From Eledone cirrhosa (Eukaryota), in assembly GCA_964016885.1 (NCBI GenBank), contig OZ024742.1:163060001-163124000 (forward strand): a stretch of 64,000 bases of DNA. The letters run 5' to 3'. How positions within the stretch are numbered: position 1 is the stretch's first letter; every line of letters starts with the position of its first letter. Made by a program: the position numbers and the translations under genes. This document shows positions 1 through 12,099 of the stretch, piece after piece. A model generated the notes under the pieces. That model did no database searches. It was not told the DNA's origin and saw only the letters and a list, made by a program, of their open reading frames with translations.

Positions 1-3000
1 TGGCTGGAAATTATCTCCCCTTGGAGGCTGGAATTTATCTCCCCTTGGACGGCTAGAAATTACCTCGCCTTGGACGGCTGGAAAATATGTCTCCTTGGAC
101 GGCTGGAAATTATCTCCCCTTGGACGGCTGGAAATTATCTCCCCTTGGACGGCTAGATATTACCTCCCCTTGGACGGCTGGAAATTATCTCCCCTTGATT
201 TTTTTACAAATTATCTCCCCCTGATTTTTTTTTACAAATTATCTCCCCCTGATTTTTTTTTACAAATTATCTCCCCCTGATATTTTTTACAAATTATCTC
301 CCCCTGATTTTTTTACAAATTATCTCCCCTTGGCTGGCTGGAAATTATCTCCCCTTGGAGGCTGGAATTTATCTCCCCTTGGACGGCTAGAAATTACCTC
401 CCCTTGGACGGCTGGAAATTATCTCCCCTTGGACGGCTAGATATTACCTCCCCTTGGACGGCTGGAAATTATCTCCCCTTGATTTCTTTTACAATTTATC
501 TCCCCCTGATTTTTTTTTACAAATTATCTCCCCCTGATTTTTTTTTACGAATTATCTCCCCCTGATTTTTTTTTACAAATTATCTCCGCCTGATTTTTTT
601 TTAAAAATTATCTCCCTTGAACGGCTGGAAATTATCTCCCCTTGGACGGCTGGAAATTATCTCCCCTTGGACGGCTAGAAATTACCTCTCCTTGGACGGC
701 TGAAAATTATCTCCCCTTGGACGGCTGCAAATTATCTCCCCTTGATTTTTTAACAAATTACCTCCCCCTGATTTTTTTTTACAAATTATCTCCCCCTGAT
801 TTTTTTTTTAAAATTATCTCCCCCTGATTTTTTTACAAATTATCTCCCCCTGATTTTTTTTACAATCTCCGCCTGATTTTTTTAAAAATTATCTTCCCTT
901 GGCTGGCGGGAAATTATCTCCCCTTGGACGGCTGGAAATTATATCCCCTTGGAAGGATGGAAATTATCTCCCCTTGGACGGCTGGAAATTATCTCCCCTT
1001 GGACGGCTGGAAATTATCTCCCCTTGGACAGCTGAAAATTATCTGCCCTTGATTTTGTTTTTACAAATTATCTCCCCCTGATTTTTTTTACAAATTATCT
1101 CCACCTGATTTTTTCAAAAATTATCTCCCCTTGGACGGCTGGAAATTATCTCCCCTTGGACGGCTGAAAATTATCTCCCCTTGGACGGCTGGAAATTATC
1201 TCCCCTTGATTTTTTTTACAAATTATCTCCCCCTGATTTTTTTTTACAAATTATCTCCCCCTGATTTTTTTTTACAAATTATCTCCCCCTGATTTTTTTT
1301 TACAAATTATCTCACCCTGATTTTTTTTACAAATTATCTCCCCCTGATTTTTTTACAAATTATCTCCCCTTGGCTGGCTGGAAATTATCTCCCCTTGGAG
1401 GCTGGAATTTATCTCCCCTTGGACGGCTAGAAATTACCTCTCCTTGGACGGCTGGAAAATATGTCTCCTTGGACGGCTGGATATTATCTACCCTTGGACG
1501 GCTGGAAATTATCTCCCCTTGGACGGCTGGAAATTATCTCCCCTTGGACGGCTAGATATTACCTCCCCTTGGACGGCTGGAAATTATCTCCCCTTGATTT
1601 TTTTACAAATTATCTCCCCCTGATTTTTTTACAAATTATCTCCCCCTGATTTTTTTTACAAATTATCTCCGCCTAATTTTTTTAAATATTATCTAACCTT
1701 GGCTGGCGGGAAATTATCTCCCCTTGGACGGCTGAAAATTATCTCCCCTTGGACGGCTGGAAATTATCTCCCCTTGATTTTTTTTACAAATTATCTCCCC
1801 CTGATTTTTTTTTACGAATTATCTCCCCCTGATTTTTTTTTACAAATTATCTCCGCCTGATTTTTTTTTTAAATTATCTCCCCTTGAACGGCTGGAAATT
1901 ATCTCCCCTTGGACGGCTGGAAATTATCTCCCCTTGGACGGCTAGAAATTACCTCTCCTTGGACGGCTGAAAATTATCTCCCCTTGGACGGCTGCAAATT
2001 ATCTCCCCTTGATTTTTTTAACAAATTATCTCCCCCTGATTTTTTTTTACAAATTATCTCCCCCTGATTTTTTTTTACAAATTATCTACCCCTGATTTTT
2101 TTTTACAAATTATCTCCCCCTGATTTTTTTTACAAATTATTTTCCCCTGATTTTTTTTACAAATTATCTCCCCCTGATTTTTTTACAAATTATCTCCCCC
2201 CGATTTTTTTTACAAATTATCTCCGCCTAATTTTTTTAAATATTATCTTCCCTTGGCTGGCGGGAAATTATCTCCCCTTGGACGGCTGAAAATTATCTCC
2301 CCTTGGACGGCTGGAAATTATCTCCCCTTGATTTTTTTACAAATTATCTCCCCCTGATTATTTTTTACAAATTATCTCCCCCTGATTTTTTTTTACAAAT
2401 TATCTCCCCCTGATTTTTTTACAAATTATCTCCCCTTGGCTGGCTGGAAATTATCTCCCCTTGGAGGCTGGAATTTATCTCCCCTTGGACGGTTAGAAAT
2501 TACCTCTCCTTGGACTGCTGGAAAATATGTCTCCTTGGACGGCTGGAAATTATCTCCCCTGGGATGGCTGGAAATTATCTCCCCTTGGACGGCTGGAAAT
2601 TATCTCTCCTCGGACGACTAGAAATTACCTCTCCTTGGACAGCTGAAAATTATCTCCCCTTGGACGGCTGGAAATTATCTCCCCTTGATTTTTTTTACAA
2701 ATTATCTCCCTCTGATTTTTTTTTACAAATTATCTCCCCCTGATTTTATTTTACAAATTATCTCCCCCTGATTTTTTTTACAAATTATCTGCCCCTGATA
2801 TTTTTTACAAATTATCTCCCCCTGATTTTTTTACAAATTATCTCCCCTTGGCTGGCTGGAAATTATCTCCCCTTGGAGGCTGGAATTTATCTCCCCTTGG
2901 ACGGCTAGAAATTACCTCGCCTTGGACGGCTGGAAAATATGTCTCCTTGGACGGCTGGAAATTATCTCCCCTTGGACGGCTGGAAATTATCTCCCCTTGG

Positions 3001-4941
3001 ACGGCTAGATATTACCTCCCCTTGGACGGCTGGAAATTATCTCCCCTTGATTTTTTTACAAATTATCTCCCCCTGATTTTTTTTTACAAATTATCTCCCC
3101 CTGATTTTTTTTTACAAATTATCTCCCCCTGATATTTTTTACAAATTATCTCCCCCTGATTTTTTTACAAATTATCTCCCCTTGGCTGGCTGGAAATTAT
3201 CTCCCCTTGGAGGCTGGAATTTATCTCCCCTTGGACGGCTAGAAATTACCTCCCCTTGGACGGCTGGAAATTATCTCCCCTTGGACGGCTAGATATTACC
3301 TCCCCTTGGACGGCTGGAAATTATCTCCCCTTGATTTCTTTTACAATTTATCTCCCCCTGATTTTTTTTTACAAATTATCTCCCCCTGATTTTTTTTTAC
3401 GAATTATCTCCCCCTGATTTTTTTTTACAAATTATCTCCGCCTGATTTTTTTTTAAAAATTATCTCCCTTGAACGGCTGGAAATTATCTCCCCTTGGACG
3501 GCTGGAAATTATCTCCCCTTGGACGGCTAGAAATTACCTCTCCTTGGACGGCTGAAAATTATCTCCCCTTGGACGGCTGCAAATTATCTCCCCTTGATTT
3601 TTTAACAAATTACCTCCCCCTGATTTTTTTTTACAAATTATCTCCCCCTGATTTTTTTTTTAAAATTATCTCCCCCTGATTTTTTTACAAATTATCTCCC
3701 CCTGATTTTTTTTACAATCTCCGCCTGATTTTTTTAAAAATTATCTTCCCTTGGCTGGCGGGAAATTATCTCCCCTTGGACGGCTGGAAATTATATCCCC
3801 TTGGAAGGATGGAAATTATCTCCCCTTGGACGGCTGGAAATTATCTCCCCTTGGACGGCTGGAAATTATCTCCCCTTGGACAGCTGAAAATTATCTGCCC
3901 TTGATTTTGTTTTTACAAATTATCTCCCCCTGATTTTTTTTACAAATTATCTCCACCTGATTTTTTCAAAAATTATCTCCCCTTGGACGGCTGGAAATTA
4001 TCTCCCCTTGGACGGCTGAAAATTATCTCCCCTTGGACGGCTGGAAATTATCTCCCCTTGATTTTTTTTACAAATTATCTCCCCCTGATTTTTTTTTACA
4101 AATTATCTCCCCCTGATTTTTTTTTACAAATTATCTCCCCCTGATTTTTTTTTACAAATTATCTCACCCTGATTTTTTTTACAAATTATCTCCCCCTGAT
4201 TTTTTTACAAATTATCTCCCCTTGGCTGGCTGGAAATTATCTCCCCTTGGAGGCTGGAATTTATCTCCCCTTGGACGGCTAGAAATTACCTCTCCTTGGA
4301 CGGCTGGAAAATATGTCTCCTTGGACGGCTGGATATTATCTACCCTTGGACGGCTGGAAATTATCTCCCCTTGGACGGCTGGAAATTATCTCCCCTTGGA
4401 CGGCTAGATATTACCTCCCCTTGGACGGCTGGAAATTATCTCCCCTTGATTTTTTTACAAATTATCTCCCCCTGATTTTTTTACAAATTATCTCCCCCTG
4501 ATTTTTTTTACAAATTATCTCCGCCTAATTTTTTTAAATATTATCTTCCCTTGGCTGGCGGGAAATTATCTCCCCTTGGACGGCTGAAAATTATCTCCCC
4601 TTGGACGGCTGGAAATTATCTCCCCTTGATTTTTTTTACAAATTATCTCCCCCTGATTTTTTTTTACGAATTATCTCCCCCTGATTTTTTTTTACAAATT
4701 ATCTCCGCCTGATTTTTTTTTTAAATTATCTCCCCTTGAACGGCTGGAAATTATCTCCCCTTGGACGGCTGGAAATTATCTCCCCTTGGACGGCTAGAAA
4801 TTACCTCTCCTTGGACGGCTGAAAATTATCTCCCCTTGGACGGCTGCAAATTATCTCCCCTTGATTTTTTTAACAAATTATCTCCCCCTGATTTTTTTTT
4901 ACAAATTATCTCCCCCTGATTTTTTTTTACAAATTATCTAC
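1..4941. repeat. Higher-order duplication, offset 2852 bp (1-2089 matches 2853-4941; first copy truncated by the window edge)
   Basis: Identical ORF translations at 642/3494, 899/3751, 1370/4222 and 1461/4313. The private variant GATTTCTTTTACAATTTA occurs at ~481 and ~3333. The match breaks at 2090/4942. Confidence 0.9.
1370..1595. repeat. Representative long A-monomer block (L) with ordered variants
   Basis: Unit order is TTGGCTGGCTGG, TTGGAGGCTGGAATTT, GGCTAGAAATTACC, GGAAAATATGTCTCC, GGATATTATCTACCC, two consensus units, GGCTAGATATTACC, consensus. The same order recurs at 4222, 12841, 15437, 19591, 21515, 24551, 53676 and 58511, with variants elsewhere. Confidence 0.92.
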
Positions 4942-7174
4942 GCCTAATTTTTTTTACAAATTATCTCCCCCTGATTTTTTTTTACAAATTATCTCCCCCT
5001 GATTTTTTTTACAAATTATCTCCCCCTGATTTTTTTTACAAATTATCTCCCCCTGATTTTTTTACAAATTATCTCCCCCCTGATTTTTTTTACAATCTCC
5101 GCCTGATTTTTTTAAAAATTATCTTCCCTTGGCTGGCAGGAAATTATCTCCCCTTGGACGGCTGGAAATTATATCCCCTTGGAAGGATGGAAATTATCTC
5201 CCCTTGGACGGCTGGAAATTATCTCCCCTTGGACGGCTGGAAATTACCTCCCCTTGGACAGCTGGAAATTATCTGCCCTTGATTTTGTTTTTACAAATTA
5301 TCTCCCCCTGATTTTTATTACAAATTATCTCCACCTGATTTTTTTACAAATTATCTCCGCCTGATTTTTTTAAATATTATCTTCCCTTGGCTGGCGGGAA
5401 ATTATCTCCCCTTGGACGGCTGAAAATTATCTCCCCTTGGACGGCTGGAAATTATCTCCCCTTGATTTTTTTTACAAATTATCTCCCCCTGATTTTTTTT
5501 TACAAATTATCTCCCCCTGATTTTTTTTTACAAATTATCTCCCCCTGATTTTTTTTTACAAATTATCTGCCCCTGATTTTTTTTACAAATTATCTCCCCC
5601 TGATTTTTTTTACAAATTATCTCCCCTTGGCTGGCTGGAAATTATCTCCCCTTGGAGGCTGGAATTTATCTCCCCTTGGACGGCTAGAAATTACCTCTCC
5701 TTGGACGGCTGGAAAATATTTCTCCTTGGACGGCTGGATATTATCTACCCTTGGACGGGTGGAAATTATCTCCCCTTGGACGGCTGGAAATTATCTCCCC
5801 TTGGACGGCTAGATATTACCTCCCCTTGGACGGCTGGAAATTATCTCCCCTTGATTCTTTTTACAAATTATCTCCCCCTGATTTTTTTTACAAATTATCT
5901 CCACCTGATTTTTTTACAAATTATCTCCCCCTGATTTTTTTTACAAATTATCTCCCCCTGATTTTTTTTTTACAAATTATCTCCCCCTGATTTTTTTACA
6001 AATTATCTCGCCCTGATTTTTTTTACAAATTATCTCCGCCTGATTTTTTTAAATATTATCTTCCCTTGGCTGGCGGGAAATTATCTCCCCTTGGACGGCT
6101 GAAAATTATCTCCCCTTGGACGGCTGGAAATTATCTCCCCTTGATTTTTTTTACAAATTATCTCCCCCTGATTATTTTTTACAAATTATCTTTCCCTGAT
6201 TTTTTTTTACAAATTATCTCCCCCTGATTTTTTTACAAATTATCTCCCCCTGATTTTTTTTCAAATTATCTCCCCATGGCTGGCTGGAAATTATCTCCCC
6301 TTGGAGGCTGGAATTTATCTCCCCTTGGACGGCTGGAAATTATCTCTCCTTGGACGGATAGTAATTACCTCTCCTTGGACGGCTGGAAAATATGTCTCGT
6401 TGGAGGGCTGGAAATTATCTCCCCTTGGACGGCTGGAAATTATCTCCCCTTGGACGGCTGGAAATTATCTCTCCTTGGACGGCTAGAAATTACCTCTCCT
6501 TGGACGGCTGAAAATTATCTCTCCTTGGACGGCTGGAAATTATCTCCCCTTGGACGGCTAGATATTACCTCCCCTTGGACGGCTGGAAATTATCTCCCCT
6601 TGATTTTTTTTACAAATTATCTCCCCCTGATTTTTTTTACAAATTATCTCCACCTGATTTTTTTACAAATTATCTCCCCCTGATTTTTTTTACAAATTAT
6701 CTCCGCCTAATTTTTTTAAATATTATCTTCCCTTGGCTGGCGGGAAATTATCTCCCCTTGGACGGCTGAAAATTATCTCCCCTTGGACGGCTGGAAATTA
6801 TCTCCCCTTGATTTTTTTTACAAATTATCTCCCCCTGATTTTTTTTTACAAATATCTCCCCCAGATTTTTTTTTACAAATTATCTCCCCCTGATTTTTTT
6901 TACAAATTATCTCCCCTTGGCTGGCTGGAAATTATCTCCCCTTGGAGGCTGGAATTTATCTCCCCTTGGACGGCTAGAAATTACCTCTCCTTGGACGGCT
7001 GGAAAATATGTCCTTGGACGGCTGGATATTATCTACCCTTGGACGGCTGGAAATTATCTCCCCTTGGACGGCTGGAAATTATCTCCCCTTGGACGGCTAG
7101 ATATTACCTCCCCTTGGACGGCTGGAAATTATCTCCCCTTGATTTTTTTTACAAATTATCTCCCCCTGATTTTT

Positions 7175-7595
7175 TTTACAAATCTAATGATTTTTTAAAA
7201 AAAATTATCTCCCCTTCGCTGGCTGGAAATTATCTCCCCTTCGCTGGCTGGAAATTATCTCCCCTTGGACGCTGGAAATTATAGCCCCTTGGAGGGCTGG
7301 AAATTATCTTCCCTTGGACGGCTGGAAATTATCTCCCCTTGGCTCGAAATTATCTCCCCTTGGACGGCTAGAAATTATCTCTCTTTGGACGGCTGGAAAT
7401 TATCTCCCTTTGATTTTTTTTACAAATTATCTCCCCCTGATTTTTTTTACAAATCTCCCCCTGATTTTTTAAAAAAAATTATCTCCCCTTCGCTGGCTGG
7501 AAATTATCTCCCCTTGGACACTGGAAATTATAGCCCCTTGGAGGGCTGGAAATTATCTTCCCTTGGACGGCTGGAAATTATCTCTGCTTGATTTT
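7175..7595. repeat. Divergent marker module R, copy 1 of 6 (others at ~27323, ~30691, ~47215, ~55961, ~60795)
   Basis: Variants seen only in this module: AAATCTAATGA, CCCCTTCGCTGG, GGACGCTGG/GGACACTGG, TTATAGCCCC and TTGGCTCGAAA. TCTAATGA starts at 7183, 27331, 30699, 47223, 55969 and 60803. Confidence 0.92.
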
Positions 7596-8844
7596 TTTTA
7601 CAAATTATCTCCCCCTGATTTTTTTTTTACAAATTATCCCCCCCGATTTTTTTTACAAATTATCTCCCCCTGATTTTTTTTACAAATTATCTCCCCTTGG
7701 ACGGCTGGAAATTATCTCCCCTTGGACGGCTGGAAATTATCTCCCCTTGGACGGCTAGAAATTACCTCTCCTTGGACGACTGAAAATTATCTCCCCTTGG
7801 ACGGCTGCAAATTATCTCCCCTTGATTTTTTTTACAAATTATCTCCGCCTGATTTTTTTTTTAAAATTATCTCCCCTTGGACGGCTGGAAATTACCTCCC
7901 CTTGGACGGCTGGAAATTATCTCCCCTTGGACGGCTAGAAATTACCTCTCATTGGACGGCTGAAAATTATCTCCCCTTGGACGGCTGGAAATTATCTCCC
8001 CTTGATTTTTTTTACAAATTATCTCCCCCTGATTTTTTTTTACAAATTATCTCCCCCTGATTTTTTTTTTACAAATTATCTCCGCCTGATTTTTTTTTAA
8101 AATTATCTCTCCTTGGACGGCTGGATATTATCTCCCCTTTCATTTTTTTTACAAATTATCTCCCCCTGATTTTTTTTTACAAATTATCTCCCCCTGATTT
8201 TTTTTTACAAATTATCTACCCCTAATTTTTTTTACAAATTATCTCCCCCTGATTTTTTTTACAAATTATCTCCCCCTGATTTTTTTTTTACAAATTATCT
8301 CCCCCTGATTTTTTTACAAATTATCTCCCCCTGATTTTTTTTACAAATTATCTCCGCCTGATTTTTTTAAATATTATCTTCTCTTGGCTGGCGGGAAATT
8401 ATCTCCCCTTGGACGGCTGAAAATTATCTCCCCTTGGACGGCTGGAAATTATCTCCCCTTGATTTTTTTTACAAATTATCTCCCCCTGATTTTTTTTTAC
8501 AAATTATCTCCCCCTGATTTTTTTTTACAAATTATCTCCCCCTGATTTTTTTTTACAAATTATCTCCCCCTGATTTTTTTTACAAATTATCTCCCCCTCA
8601 TTTTTTTACAAATTATCTCCCCTTGGCTGGCTGGAAATTATCTCCCCTTGGAGGCTGGAATTTATCTCCCCTTGGACGGCTAGAAATTACCTCTCCTTGG
8701 ACGGCTGGAAAATATGTCCTTGGACGGCTGGATATTACCTACCCTTGGACGGCTGGAAATTATCTCCCCTTGGACGGCTGGAAATTATCTCCCCTTGGAC
8801 GGCTAGATATTACCTCCCCTTGGACGGCTGGAAATTATCTCCCC

Positions 8845-9200
8845 TTGATTTTTTTTACAAATTATCCCCCCCTGATTTTTTTTTACAAATTATCTCCCCC
8901 TGATTTTTTTTTACAAATTATCTACCCCTGATTTTTTTTTACAAATTATCTCCCCCTGATTTTTTTTACAAATTATCTCTCCCTGATTTTTTTTTACAAA
9001 TTATCTCCCCCTGATTTTTTTTTTACAAATTATCTACCCCTGATTTTTTTTTACAAATTATCTCCCCCTGATTTTTTTTACAAATTATCTCCCCCTGATT
9101 TTTTTTACAAATTATCTCCCCCTGATTTTTTTACAAATTATCTCCCCCCGATTTTTTTTACAAATTATCTCCGCCTAATTTTTTTAAATATTATCTTCCC
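8845..9200. repeat. Representative long B-monomer run (poly-T type, about 13 units)
   Basis: Consecutive AAATTATCTCCCCCTGA-T7-10-AC units, including CTACCCC and CTCTCCC variants, ending in CCCCCCGA and CCGCCTAATTTTTTTAAATATTATCTTCCC. Similar runs begin near 16170, 22250, 32360, 35445, 38010, 41160, 42310, 43460, 49235, 51655 and 62815. Confidence 0.9.
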
Positions 9201-12099
9201 TTGGCTGGCGGGAAATTATCTCCCCTTGGACGGCTGAAAATTATCTCCCCTTGGACGGCTGGAAATTATCTCCCCTTGATTTTTTTACAAATTATCTCCC
9301 CCTGATTATTTTTTACAAATTATCTCCCCCTGATTTTTTTTTACAACTTATCTCCCTCTGATTTTTTTTACAAATTATCTCCCCTTGGCTGGCTGGAAAT
9401 TATCTCCCCTTGGAGGCTGGAATTTATCTCCCCTTGGACGGTTAGAAATTACCTCTCCTTGGACTGCTGGAAAATATGTCTCCTTGGACGGCTGGAAATT
9501 ATCTCCCCTTGGACGGCTGGAAATTATCTCCCCTTGGACGGCTGGAAATTATCTCTCCTCGGACGACTAGAAATTACCTCTCCTTGGACAGCTGAAAATT
9601 ATCTCCCCTTGGACGGCTGGAAATTATCTCCCCTTGATTTTTTTTACAAATTATCTCCCCCTGATTTTTTTTTACAAATTATCTCCCCCTGATTTTTTTT
9701 TACAAATTATCTCCCCCTGATTTTTTTTACAAATTATCTCCCCCTGATATTTTTTACAAATTATCTCCCCCTGATTTTTTTACAAATTATCTCCCCTTGG
9801 CTGGCTGGAATTTATCTCCCCTTGGACGGCTAGAAATTACCTCGCCTTGGACGGCTGGAAAATATGTCTCCTTGGACGGCTGGAAATTATCTCCCCTTGG
9901 ACGGCTGGAAATTATCTCCCCTTGGACGGCTGGAAATTATCTCCCCTTGGACGGCTAGATATTACCTCCCCTTGGACGGCTGGAAATTATCTCCCCTTGA
10001 TTTTTTTTACAAATTATCTCCCCCTGATGTTTTTTTACAAATTATCTCCCCCTGATTTTTTTTTACGAATTATCTCCCCCTGATTTTTTTTTACAAATTA
10101 TCTCCGCCTGATTTTTTTTTTAAAATTATCTCCCCTTGAACGGCTGGAAATTATCTCCCCTTGGACGGCTGGAAATTATCTCCCCTTGGACGGCTAGAAA
10201 TTACCTCTCCTTGGACGGCTGAAAATTATCTCCCCTTGGACGGCTGCAAATTATCTCCCCTTGATTTTTTAACAAATTATCTCCCCCTGATTTTTTTTTA
10301 CAAATTATCTCCCCCTGATTTTTTTTTACAAATTATCTACGCCTAATTTTTTTTACAAATTATCTCCCCCTGATTTTTTTTTACAAATTATCTCCCCCTG
10401 ATTTTTTTTACAAATTATTTCCCCCTGATTTTTTTACAAATTATCTCCCCCCTGATTTTTTTTACAATCTCCGCCTGATTTTTTTAAAAATTATCTTCCC
10501 TTGGCTGGCGGGAAATTATCTCCCCTTGGACGGCTGGAAATTATATCCCCTTGGACGGCTGGAAATTACCTCCCCTTGGACAGCTGGAAATTATCTGCCC
10601 TTGATTTTGTTTTTACAAATTATCTCCCCCTGATTTTTTTTACAAATTATCTCCACCTGATTTTTTAAAAAATTATCTCCCCTTGGACGGCTGGAAATTA
10701 TCTCCCCTTGATTTTTTTACAAATTACCTTCCCCTGATTTTTTTTACAAATTATCTCCCCCTGATTTTTTTTTTACAAATTATCTCCCCCTGATTTTTTT
10801 ACAAATTATCTCCCCCTGATTTTTTCTACAAATTATCTCCGCCTGATTTTTTTAAATATTATCTTCCCTTGGCTGGCGGGAAATTATCTCCCCTTGGACG
10901 ACTGAAAATTATCTCCCCTTGGACGGCTGGAAATTATCTCCCCTTGATTTTTTTTACAAATTATCTCCCCCTGATTTTTTTTTACAAATTATCTCCCCCT
11001 GATTTTTTTTTACAAATTATCTCCCCCTGATTTTTTTTTACAAATTATCTGCCCCTGATTTTTTTTACAAATTATCTCCCCCTGATTTTTTTACAAATTA
11101 TCTCCCCTTGGCTGGCTGGAAATTATCTCCCCTTGGAGGCTGGAATTTATCTCCCCTTGGACGGCTAGAAATTACCTCTCCTTGGACGGCTGGAAAATAT
11201 TTCTCCTTGGACGGCTGGATATTATCTACCCTTGGACGGGTGGAAATTATCTCCCCTTGGACGGCTGGAAATTATCTCCCCTTGGACGGCTAGATATTAC
11301 CTCCCCTTGGACGGCTGGAAATTATCTCCCCTTGATTTTTTTTACAAATTATCTCCCCCTGATTTTTTTTTTACAAATTATCTCCCCCTGATTTTTTTAC
11401 AAATTATCTCCACCTGATTTTTTTTACAAATTATCTCCGCCTGATTTTTTTAAATATTATCTTCTCTTGGCTGGCGGGAAATTATCTCCCCTTGGACGGC
11501 TGAAAATTATCTCCCCTTGGACGGCTGGAAATTATCTCCCCTTGATTTTTTTTACAAATTATCTCCCCCTGATTTTTTTTTACAAATTATCTCCCCCTGA
11601 TTTTTTTTTACAAATTATCTCCCCCTGATTTTTTTTTACAAATTATCTCCACCTGATTTTTTTTACAAATTATCTCCCCCTGATTTTTTTACAAATTATC
11701 TCCCCTTGGCTGGCTGGAAATTATCTCCCCTTGGAGGCTGGAATTTATCTCCCCTTGGACGGCTAGAAATTACCTCTCCTTGGACGGCTGGAAAATATGT
11801 CCTTGGACGGCTGGATATTATCTACCCTTGGACGGCTGGAAATTATCTCCCCTTGGACGGCTGGAAATTATCTCCCCTTGGACGGCTAGAAATTACCTCT
11901 CCTTGGACGGCTGAAAATTATCTCCCCTTGGACGGCTGCAAATTATCTCCCCTTGATTTTTTAACAAATTATCTCCCCCTGATTTTTTTTTACAAATTAT
12001 CTCCCCCTGATTTTTTTTTACAAATTATCTACGCCTAATTTTTTTTACAAATTATCTCCCCCTGATTTTTTTTTACAAATTATCTCCCCCTGATTTTTT

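Larger units (their letters stand above)
5350..11885. repeat. ~6.5-kb segment duplicated at ~28870-35400 (offset 23516); its first ~3.2 kb also matches ~25500-28700 (offset 20148)
   Basis: ORF pairs 8623/32139, 9385/32901, 9847/33363, 10161/33677, 11108/34624 and 11706/35222 all differ by 23516. Pairs 5627/25775, 6276/26424 and 6733/26881 differ by 20148. Shared private variants include ACAACTTATC, CTGATGTTTT and TTACCTTCCCC. Confidence 0.9.

Noticed and set aside
8845-9200. Rho-independent terminators or retroelement poly(A) tails at the T-runs
   Set aside because: No GC hairpin precedes the T-runs, and there are no target-site duplications or element bodies. The T-runs are an integral part of monomer B.
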